From Asterias rubens (lineage: Eukaryota), in the NCBI RefSeq assembly GCF_902459465.1, contig NC_047064.1, positions 22,568,001 through 22,632,000 of the forward strand: a stretch of 64,000 bases of DNA, in the 5' to 3' direction. The notes below the pieces were generated by a model. That model was not told the origin of the DNA and made no database searches. It saw only the letters and a program-made list of their open reading frames with translations. The stretch's first letter is position 1. The number at the start of each line of letters is the position of its first letter. The position numbers and the translations under genes were made by a program. Positions 22,501 through 34,500 of this stretch are shown here, piece after piece.

Positions 22501-25500
22501 ATGGCTTCCCAAGGTAGGCATGTTTCCCGCAAAACTTCAAGATTATTTTTACCCGATGTTTGTTATTTTCACTACTTATACCTCATTTTCTTGAAGTGTA
22601 ATTTTGGTATGAGTATAAGTAAGACGAATATAGCTGACGTGAATGTTTTTTATTTAGTATTTTGTGTTAGAATGGAACGATTCGGGTTTTAGTTGAGTTG
22701 GAATTTTACCCACACGGCGTGCGGTGCGTGTGTGTGTGGTCGTGGATGGGTGGTGGTGGTGTGGGACGGCATGCGTTTGCAGGGCCAGAGCGCTAAAGCA
22801 GCACTGCATGCAGCCCATATGCACAGATATTATTAATTAGGCACGGGTCGTGAGGTGGTTTTGTTATTTTAGCTAGTCATGAAGAACATTTGATTTGGAT
22901 TTGGAAGACTGGGCAGCCAAGGCTATGCCACTACTTACTTACATATAGTTGCGATAATCGTAACCCTCCATCCTCCCGACGGTCGGAGACCGGAGGGTTA
23001 AGACACAAGACTGATATTATCGGTGTAACTAGCAGTTTTGACCAGTTTTTGCCAGACTTGTGATCAGATTCGTCCTTTTTTTCCACTTTCCAAAATCATG
23101 ACAGACATTCTAAACACATGGAGTTGATCTTTATTGTATGACAACGTCATCTGGAACCCTTAAAACAACATCATGAAAATATTTGGCAGAAAAAACGACA
23201 AAAACTTACCAAAAGACTGACCGAATATATCCATAATCCATAGCGGGGCCAACTAGTGATTTTGAACGTCGCACTTGCTTGGCAACAACCAATCAGCGTG
23301 ACCCATGTGGGGGTATGGAGCAGCACACGGTACTTACGAGCTGTATAGTTTGTGCACGCACGATGTTCATACAGTACATGTACATGTATGTACCATGCCT
23401 GCATGCTGCGCACTCGGTGCGGGGGATCGGTGCTTACACACACAGGCGGTGAGTTTGCAAGCTGGAATGGCCGATACGCATACGACAGCCATGGCACGTC
23501 CAGCTGCGTGTTTGGTTGGGTCACGCTGTTTGGTTGTTGCCTTACTGTAAGAAGATCGACTTTAATTAGTCTGCCTGTGAAAAGAAAAATGTGTATGTCC
23601 TTAATAATTAATCATCCTCCCATTTAAACAAATCCTCCCCTCTTTCTTAAACCTCATGACCCCCCCTATGTCTCCTTCGTGACATCTCAAATCAACGTCT
23701 GCACATTAGAATATTTAGATACAAAGCAATGCCTAACCCTGTGATATTGAAGCACTTGGCGATTCGGGGCCTACTTCCCTTAAAATAATAAACCACAAGG
23801 GAAACTGAGTGGATAAAATCATGTTAGAATGATTTGGGGTTGAACACAGAAAAATTTACTTGGTAAATTTCCTTATTTAATTTTCAATTTTCCCTGTTTC
23901 CAATGATCCCTGGCTACACAGCAGTTAACAGTTGCATGGCTTCTGACTGGGACTCCCAAACAAAGATATTGACAAAACAGGGAGACCACCAACAGAGTTG
24001 GTAGGGTGTCGATAATTAATCCAGAGGTCAATGGTTCAAATCCCCCTTGGCTTATGTCCATCCCCAAATCGCACTTTGGTTTAGTTGGACATTAGACAAT
24101 GGTTAACTTCCATCTCTGTTTCTGTTTTTCAATGTTTTGTGAAACCCACAGGTTCCAAGAAAGGAAAAAAGGGGAAAGCAGTTAAAGGAAAGACGTTGAA
24201 TCTAAATGATTTTCTCTCGGATGGCAGCAGTGGTACCAGTGCACCGGGAACCAGTTATGTTATGAATAACAAGTCATGGGCGGACCAGACTGAAGAAGCA
24301 GATGGTAAGGCTTATAAACTAAGATACTCAGAAATGTTGTAAACTAAGTCATATGTGGCGGTCAGGTTGGCGTACTGGTACATGTATCTCTTTCCTTATT
24401 TTCCGCCTGTGGGACCCCCGGTGCCAATCTAGACGGTGGATTAGGTTTTCAGACCCTACTGATTGAGTGGGTTTTCACTGGAATAATTATCTGGGAATTT
24501 CCTCCCACATCTAAAACTGAAACTTCTATCCATTGGGTTCTTTGCTAGTATAGTGATTAAGTTCCCAATTCTGAGAGTCCGTGGCTTCACAGAATGATTA
24601 AATTAAATGAAGTTTGAAGTCCGGCCAAAAAAACAAGAAAAAAGTCTTTAAGACCTGTTGCGCTGACTTCTTGTAGGTGTACTGGTACATGTCCTGCCAA
24701 TTTTGGAATCAATCTGCGGACAACAAAATAGTGGTATTAATATGGGTGAAAATGCCACACTTCATTTTATTTATTTAAAAGTCAAGGTTTCAGTCATAGT
24801 TTTTTGTTGTTTTGTCAGCAAGTATTCACCTTGTATTAAGCGGAAATGTGTGATTTTTATTGTATCTTTCTTTGATAATTTTTCCTGTAAATCAGTATTA
24901 GGTTGGCAAACACCAATCTATGACCATACCTTTAAGGAATTTGGTGCTAAGGAAGCTTCAAGAGTTAACAACTCGTGTTGTTAGTACTCTTCTGTTTTTT
25001 TCATGACAGAGTCTGCGTTTTTGGACAGCAAACCACTGCCAAACCGTGCTGCATTACCGACAGCGCCCCGCAGTGCCCAGCCGGCTGAGCTGGACTTCTC
25101 TAAACTGCCAGATAAACCTCCATACACCGTGTACTTGGGTAATATCCCATTTGATGCCGATGAAGATGACATCACACTTTTCCTGAGGGATTGTAACGTA
25201 AGGGAGAGTTTATTGGATTTTTGTTTTATCAGTTCCATGTCGTCACTGAGTGCTGGTGTTTCTGTTTAGAAAAGTGTGGGTTCGAGTCCTGGTCGTTAGG
25301 CCAGTGGCACTTGGCAAGTCACTTGATCATTATAACCATTATTTTTGTGTCCTTCTGATGTGTTGTAAAGTGGTTTGTCCTGTGTATTGTGTAATGCAAG
25401 TAAATAAACCCAGTGCAATTTTTTAAAAGAGAAAGTGTTCACCCCGGTGTTCCTGGTTTGATTGCAGCACATTGCGCCACAGCACCTTTTAAACCATTAC

Positions 25501-28500
25501 ATGATATTATGTAGAGAAATTGGCTTCATACTTCAAAATCTAGCTCCACAACACCGGAGTGAAAAATGAGTGTTGAAACACATTGACATTGAGCATCACT
25601 TGGTAACGGTTATAAGCGCTGTTATTATTTCTTGCCTCTAAATATTTCCAATAATGTCTGTTCATTGGTCAGAACTGCAGTTTCAGACATGTAGTTTGTG
25701 CATTCATTATTTGTGGTTATGATATTAACAGGTGAGCCAAGTTCGGCTGCCAAGAGAGGGCGAGAGGCTGAAAGGATTTGGCTATGCAGAGGTCGATGAC
25801 CTGGAGTCTCTGACGGCAGCTTTGGCACTCAATGACCAGGTAAGCAATTGGACATTATAAACCTATTGAGGGAGCCCTTTCCATTCAAAGATGAATCAAG
25901 TCTGGTCACATGTCTTTATCTTGGAAGGATAAAGACAGACCCTGGTTTTAACAAGCAGGTGTTTCTTTTCTCACAACTATAATTATGTGTTTTCGTCAAA
26001 GATTCAAGACCAAAAGGTCAAAGGGGAAATCCAAGAGTCTGTTTTTCATCCCTTGGTAGTGTCAGATCTTCAGGATTGCTAAATTCTCTCAGATAGCAAT
26101 AACTAACCATCTCGTTCTTGATATAAGTTATTCTCCCCAAAATTTGAATGTTATCTCAGGAATAGGGATTATTCTTCCTGCAGTGACATAATCGCTTCAA
26201 TGTTTTCAAGCGAAATCTAAAAAAAATCTTGCACCTTTTGAAACGATATTTTTAAAGGTTAGTATTATCTACATTTACATATGATAAAAACAATTGAATG
26301 GTTCCAAAAACACAGAGACTAGTTTGCCTTTAATATTGTATACATTTACATATGATAAAAACAATTGAATGGTTCCAAAAACACAGAGACTAGTTTGCCT
26401 TTAATATTGTATACGTTTGTTTTGTTCACCTTGTATTTTTTGTTTTGCTCTCTCTAGACGATTAGATCAAGGCGTATTCGAGTCGATGTAGCTGGTCCTG
26501 GTCATCAAGGTGAGATACATTCAAATCTTTCCTAACAGACCACCCTTGCATAGGCCGGTGTGGCAGGACATTCTGTGGAGTTCTTTTATACATTTCATTT
26601 TCTACAAAGATTTTTCTTTGCTATGTGGCTATTCTATTCAAGGGCGCTGCATGAATTTGCTTAATGTTTTGTCATTTCTCCTTCTGCTTAACAAGAATTT
26701 GATCGCCATCTTTAATTTTCTAGATGGCAAAGATGATCGTACTAGTGGTGACTGGCGAGCAGGGAGGGATGCAGGATCTGTTTTTGGTCGAGGTAGGATG
26801 CTGGGCTATTTTGTTGGATTGAAATTCATTAGCTTTTATGATAGCATTAGGTGCATGGGTTCTGTTTGTACAGCTGGTATTAACACCATGGTTTGTGTAC
26901 TGTGGACTTGGTATACATACGTAGTCCCTTGTGGAGCTGTTGGGCAAGAGCCTGTTCGGTGTGAGAGTATACCGATAGTATTAAGGTTTTAATGTCATAT
27001 TACAAAGTACTAACAAAAAAGTAACATGCTGTTATAATTAGAGTTTGTGTTTTCTGATGCCTTGACCAGGGTGTCTGCTGTAGAGTTTGCAAATTGGAAG
27101 GTCTGGGTTGTTGCAGGGTACAAAAAGTTCAGTTTTATCTGTTGATTTATGATGAGTTAAGTAAGTTTACTGTAAGATGCCTGTGAAAGCTGATTGCCCA
27201 AACTGTAAGACCTCAAAAGTAGAGACCTTTGACCTTTAGTCTGTGTTATTCTTACAGGGTCAGATCGACAAGGCAATAAATACAATGAACCTTATGACAG
27301 GTCAGGTTACGATAGAAACAGTCGCTACATGTACCGGAGTGACGATCGTTCAAATCATGAACGGTGCATCGGCTTTGACAGAGGGACAAACGATGGTAAC
27401 ATCGATTTTCCAGTCTGGTGTTAGCTTGTAAATTGTAGTGTTCCCCTCTATACTGAATTGAGAGATTTGCCTTGACATTGACAAAGCACAATAAATTATT
27501 TCACTAGAAGTGTTGTAGTGTGTCCTGGTCTGTGTTTTCTAGTACAAGAAGATGTTTTTTTAAGAATGTGTCTTCAACTGGTCTTCAGATGATTGATTTT
27601 ATTTTTTGATATCCCTTTCTAGGATCTTATGGTGGCAGAAGAGATGGTGAGTTTAAAATTGTTGTCCTCACAAAATAAGTTAGACTCAAATGCAGGAAGA
27701 TTTAGAGTGCAAGATCAGCACTTGCTGGGTGTAGGCTGTAATTTGTACAACTTTGTTCTTCTGGCATGGTTGCCGTTTACTTTATGCAAACTCTTTAGTT
27801 TCTCAAATGCAAGATGAAGAGCAGTGTAGGTAAAGTTGTCATCTTCTTTGTTCTAATTTTAGATGCATTTGGTGGAAGTGGAGGAGGTAGTGGTGGTGGT
27901 GGTGGTGGTAGCAGTGAGGACAGTGTTTGGAGACGTAAGACACCAGCAGAGGGCAGTAGTGCCTTTGAGAGTAGAGGAGGGGGCAGCCGAGGATTTGATG
28001 ACCGAGGGAGAAGTGGAGGCTTCGACCGGGATCAAGGGGACCGAGGTTTCGGAAGCAGTAGAGACAATAGATTTGGAAACGATCGCGGGTTCGGAGGGGA
28101 TAGGGACCGTGGTTTAGGCGGGGATAGAGATCGCAGTTTTGGCGGAGATAGGGACCGTGGTTTTGGTGACCGCGGTGGTGATCGTGATAGAGGTTTTGGT
28201 GGAGATCGTGACCGTGGCTTCGGTGGGGACCGAGGCTTTGGTGGCGATCGAGACAGGGGTTTCGGAGGAGATAGAGGCGGTGGAAGATCACAGGGCTTTG
28301 ATAATTATTCCGCACCCAGAGATCGAGGATTTGGAGATCGGGAACGAGACAGGGGAAACCGAGACAGAAATTATGGTGAGATATTTCAATTATTTGTTTC
28401 TTATGATCACTTTATTATTTTTTACTCCACTTTTGGTGAACAATGTACAACAATGTCTTTTAGTAGCCTTTTTTTCTTATCCTGGATGCAAATTGAACTT

Positions 28501-31500
28501 CTATTATACCTTTTTATACAAAACAATTTGTACAACTTTTTGGCACTTAAATTAGTTTTAAGTCCTTAAATATTTGAATGTACTACCTGCGTGAATATAT
28601 ACTTGCACTTTGTAGTGTTTACTGAACTTAATGTACATGAATGTACTACCTGCGTGAATATATACTTGCACTTTGTAGTGTTTACTGAACTTAACGTACA
28701 TACATGTATCTTGTTTTCTTGTACGGTGCCATAAGCATTATTTCTGGTTGAAATGTGTGTTTTATTTTGGAACAATTCCCTTCATATGTTTCATTTTATT
28801 GTTGTGTGTTGTGCATGGCGAAACAGCCCAACTTGAAAAAATTATACAAAGAAAAGAAACAAATAAAGATTAGCAGTTAATAAAAAACAAAAACAGGATG
28901 AAGGTGCAAAAAGGAGCCGAGATATAACATGTTATACTCACATCCATGCATAGTTTGCCTTTGAAATTTGGATGTGGAGAAAGTGCCATAAATTTACCCA
29001 GAAATGAATTTAAAATGAAAAAAACTAACATTTTGAATAGACTGTTTGGCCATGGTAGGCCAAGTGGCTTGCGCTATATAAATATCTTGTACGACTTAGA
29101 CTAATTATATAGTCAATGAGACTAATGGACCGATCCGGCCTATCAATCAAACTGCGCGTTCACCCATTTGACCAATCACAGCAATGATTGTGGTCGGACA
29201 AACTCGGTCACGCGTGCGCGTATATTTGGCATGCAAGTGTCTTGCTCACGTGCGCGGTGGGCGGAGCTTAGTGGAAAGCCGGAACGATCCATTATAGGCT
29301 TGAAATAGAGCGCTTTGTCCAGTGGTGCGTAGACAACTTTCTCACTTTGAATATAACCAAAACCAAAGAACTTGTTTTTGATTTTCTTAAGATCCGTCAA
29401 GGTATTCATCTGGTTTGTATAAAGAATGACGAAGTAGAAATTGTCAGTGAACATGTGAATATAAATATCTTGGAACAATTATAGATAACAAACTGGATTG
29501 GAACAAAAATACTCAAAAATCGTGTGCCAAGGCAAATCAGAGGATTTATTTTCTAAGGAAATTACGGTCTTTCAATGTCTGTAATTCAATTTTACACCTG
29601 TCTTACCAGAGTATTATTCAGTCAGTCATTACTTTCAGCTGTAGTGTTTGGTATAATAATCTAACTATGAAAAATCATAAGAAAATTGATCGTACCACCA
29701 AGGTTGCCAGCAAGATAAAAGGTTTCGAAGTAAAACCCATGAGAGAAATCCTAGACAAACAGTATGTAAATAAATTGAAAGTTATAACCCAGGACCCAAC
29801 TCATCCACTACACTCATTCATTCACATTCTCCCATCAGGAAGGTACCGTTCTCTCTCTACTCGCACAAACCGGTTCAGACTATCTTTTTACCCAGTGCTA
29901 TTCATCTTTTTAACTCACATTTTTCGTAAGGTAACTTAGTAGTTGTTTTTCCATTTTAATCAGTGATGGTGAGTTTTTGATAATGTTTTTCTCTCTTTTT
30001 AAAAATTTTGAACTAGCCTATTTATTGCTTGTACTAAAGTTTTGTAATTAATTCTGTGTTTTTGTAATCAATTCCTTGCCCTTTCAAAGATGAAATTGCA
30101 ATCCGGCATCATTATTGTGTTGTTATTAAGTTAGTCGATTTCATGAGAGTAACTAAAAATATAAATATGAATAGTAAACTTGCGGGTACAATGAGTTTCA
30201 AGAGTTGATTCATCTTTGACATTTCAGGGGGTGATAGAAATGGCGGATATAGTGGCGGAGGAGGATACATAAGAAGCGAACAAGACGGAGAAATGGAATC
30301 GGGTAAGAAGCTTGTAGAGTTTAGTTGAGAGAGAGTGAGCCAACATCTTATAAATATGAGCATAAATGTAATAAATGGTTGCGTTTAGTAGTGTGTCATG
30401 AATGAGCAGCCCATTGAATGAATTTAACTTCATGAGGTTGTTTAGTAGTGTGTCATGAATGAGCAGCCCATTGAATGAATTTAACTTCATGAGGTTGTTT
30501 AGTAGTGTGTCATGAATGAGCAGCCCATTGAATGAATTTAACTTCATGAGGTTGTTTAGTAGTGTGTCATGAATGAGCAGCCCATTGAATGAATTTAACT
30601 TCATGAGGTTGTTTAGTAGTGTGTCATGAATGAGCAGCCCATTGAATGAATTTAACTTCATGAGGTTGTTTAGTAGTGTGTCATGAATGAGCAGCCCATT
30701 GAATGAATTTAACTTCATGAGGTTGTTTAGTAGTGTGTCATGAATGAGCAGCCCATTGAATGAATTTAACTTCATGAGGTTGTTTAGTAGTGTGTCATGA
30801 ATGAGCAGCCCATTGAATGAATTTAACTTCATGAGGTTGTTTAGTAGTGTGTCATGAATGAGCAGCCCATTGAATGAATTTAACTTCATGAGGTCGGATC
30901 GATGCAGTACTCTTAAGCTCTTTTCACTCTACCTACTTTTGATCTGTGTAATTGGCGTGTGGGGATCCAAGTAAAAAGTTTTCTACACAGATTAGATTCA
31001 TTTCACCCAAGAGAAAAATTAACCCAGTTTCATACTAACACCAAGATCGACAGCGGGTTAACAGTTTCATACTAACACCAAGATCGACAGCGGGTTAACA
31101 GTTTCATACTAACACCAAGATCGACAGTGGGTTAACAGTTTCATACTAACACCAAGATCGACAGTGGGTTAACAGTTTCATACTAACACCAAGATCGACA
31201 GTGGGTTAACAGTTTCATACTAACACCAAGATCGACAGTGGGTTAACAGTTTCATACTAACACCAAGATCGACAGTGGGTTAACAGTTTCATACTAACAC
31301 CAAGATCGACAGTGGGTTAACAGTTTCATACTAACACCAAGATCGACAGTGGGTTAACAGTTTCATACTAACACCAAGATCGACAGTGGGTTAACAGTTT
31401 CATACTAACACCAAGATCGACAGTGGGTTAACAGTTTCATACTAACACCAAGATCGACAGTGGGTTAACAGTTTCATACTAACACCAAGATCGACAGTGG

Positions 31501-34500
31501 GTTAACACTTTCATACTAACACCAAGATCGACAGTGGGTTAACAGTTTCATACTAACACCAAGATCGACAGTGGGTTAACAGTTTCATACTAACACCAAG
31601 ATCGACAGTGGGTTAACAGTTTCATACTAACACCAAGATCGACAGTGGGTTAACAGTTTCATACTAACACCAAGATCGACAGTGGGTTAACAGTTTCATA
31701 CTAACACCAAGATCGACAGTGGGTTAACAGTTTCATACTAACACCAAGATCGACAGTGGGTTAACAGTTTCATACTAACACCAAGATCGACAGTGGGTTA
31801 ACAGTTTCATACTAACACCAAGATCGACAGTGGGTTAACAGTTTCATACTAACACCAAGATCGACAGTGGGTTAACAGTTTCATACTAACACCAAGATCG
31901 ACAGTGGGTTAACAGTTTCATACTAACACCAAGATCGACAGTGGGTTAACAGTTTCATACTAACACCAAGATCGACAGTGGGTTAACAGTTTCATACTAA
32001 CACCAAGATCGACAGTGGGTTAACAGTTTCATACTAACACCAAGATCGACAGTGGGTTAACAGTTTCATACTAACACCAAGATCGACAGTGGGTTAACAG
32101 TTTCATACTAACACCAAGATCGACAGTGGGTTAACAGTTTCATACTAACACCAAGATCGACAGTGGGTTAACAGTTTCATACTAACACCAAGATCGACAG
32201 TGGGTTAACAGTTTCATACTAACACCAAGATCGACAGTGGGTTAACAGTTTCATACTAACACCAAGATCGACAGTGGGTTAACAGTTTCATACTAACACC
32301 AAGATCGACAGTGGGTTAACAGTTTCATACTAACACCAAGATCGACAGTGGGTTAACAGTTTCATACTAACACCAAGATCGACAGTGGGTTAACAGTTTC
32401 ATACTAACACCAAGATCGACAGTGGGTTAACAGTTTCATACTAACACCAAGATCGACAGTGGGTTAACAGTTTCATACTAACACCAAGATCGACAGTGGG
32501 TTAACAGTTTCATACTAACACCAAGATCGACAGTGGGTTAACAGTTTCATACTAACACCAAGATCGACAGTGGGTTAACAGTTTCATACTAACACCAAGA
32601 TCGACAGTGGGTTAACAGTTTCATACTAACACCAAGATCGACAGTGGGTTAACAGTTTCATACTAACACCAAGATCGACAGTGGGTTAACAGTTTCATAC
32701 TAACACCAAGATCGACAGTGGGTTAACAGTTTCATACTAACACCAAGATCGACAGTGGGTTAACAGTTTCATACTAACACCAAGATCGACAGTGGGTTAA
32801 CAGTTTCATACTAACACCAAGATCGACAGTGGGTTAACAGTTTCATACTAACACCAAGATCGACAGTGGGTTAACAGTTTCATACTAACACCAAGATCGA
32901 CAGTGGGTTAACAGTTTCATACTAACACCAAGATCGACAGTGGGTTAACAGTTTCATACTAACACCAAGATCGACAGTGGGTTAACCCTGGTCCTAGGCA
33001 GGGTTACCAGTTTTGGGTTTGTTAATCAGGAGAATTTTTAGCCCTGAAAAGTGAAGTGTGAATGTTCCACTTAATCTGGAGATTCTATGTGTTCGATTTG
33101 TCTCGGAGATTCTCTGGATTAAAGTGGAGTGTGAAGGGGACTTGAGACAACTTGGAGTGTCATGGCTGGAGCGGTTTAGTGTTGCGATTTCTTATGATTT
33201 CAGAGAGGGATCAGATCTCGATAATGTCACGTGTGTCCTTGAACCATACACAGAACCATTATGGCTTTGTTATGTGATGGGACATGGTGATGTGTAATCA
33301 ATGTTAAACAAACATTTTACTGTTGACTGTTCCTTCAAGACTCGCCTTTCCAAGACTGGTTTCTGTCGCTTCTGAATCGCTTCTGTTTCTTTGTGTCTTG
33401 CATAGATTGCTCTTTGACACCTTTTTTTATGGTTAGCTTAATTTTGTAGATTGGTTTTTCATTGGTTTTCAATGTTTTTGTCTGTGCCTTGAAAGTTCCA
33501 GGTCAAACAGTTTTGAGTGTAGCCGGACTAATATGATTTGGAACAATCTTCCTCCTGTCATTAGGGAACCTATTAATTTATCTCATTAGACTCGCCTCTA
33601 TCCATGTTAATTTCTATTATGTTTCCTATGATCTTGATTGAGTAGTGCCTTATCATTTTTATTTGTTATGTTCTCTCTTGACTGATTTATTTAGCTCTTT
33701 AAAATATTGATTAATTAATAAAAATATATTTTTTGATTTGACATAAGAACCGCATAAAGAGAGGAAGAAGCTTGTCCTGACCAAGAAATCAGACCACTCC
33801 GGTGACTCAGGCTCCGGTCAACAGACCAAGTCGGCCATCTTCGGCGGAGCTAAGCCTGTGGATACAGCGGCACGTGAGCGTGCCATTGAGGAGAGACTAG
33901 AAAGGGAAAGACGTCTTGAGGAGCAAGAGAGAATGAAGAATGAGAAGGAGAGGGAACCAGTCATGAGAAGGGAGAGGTCAGGACGAATCTTATTCTTCAG
34001 TCTGATTTTGGATTTCCAATTATTATTTTATTAGATAGCCTGCTGTTGATTTCACCAAACTCTTCCTAACTTAGGATTAATCTTGGGACTTAGGACGAGG
34101 TAAGTTCCTAATCCATAGACGTTGGGACGCATTGAACCCATCCTAGGTAATACTAGCGTTTTGTGAAATCGGCTGCTGAAATGCCTTTTAAAGCCTACTC
34201 TATGTGCACATAGATCAAACCTTATTCTTGATAAAATACTCGCCCGATCGGGAGAGTAAGAAAACCAAAATTATTGAGGCGTGTAAATGGACAAGTCTAT
34301 CTCATCAAAAGAGGCCCAAAAGAGCTTAGTGCAGTGTGCACTAGCATTAATGTTGTACGATTACATCAGCAATTAAACATCCATGGTGTGCATGTTATTT
34401 TTCAGGCCAGAGCGCCCTCGCAGGGAGAGCGAAGGAGAGGGCAGAACGAGACACAGCAGCTCTAGCTCAGGCAAAGGAGGACCAAGGCCAAGTAAGCGAT

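Noticed and set aside
27149-27193. Possible intronic box C/D snoRNA (ATGATGA...CTGA) ~65 nt upstream of an EIF4B acceptor
   Set aside because: Only ~45 nt between the boxes, with no terminal stem or recognisable guide.
27839-28555. Alternative-frame and antisense ORFs over the EIF4B RGG exon
   Set aside because: Shadows of a low-complexity coding exon.
30224-30889. 221-aa repetitive ORF ([19 protein letters not shown])n on the - strand
   Set aside because: A by-product of a stop-free 57-bp minisatellite antisense to an EIF4B intron.
31025-32986. CRISPR-like appearance of the 37-bp array
   Set aside because: Units are directly adjacent with no unique spacers, there are no cas genes, and the context is a eukaryotic intron.
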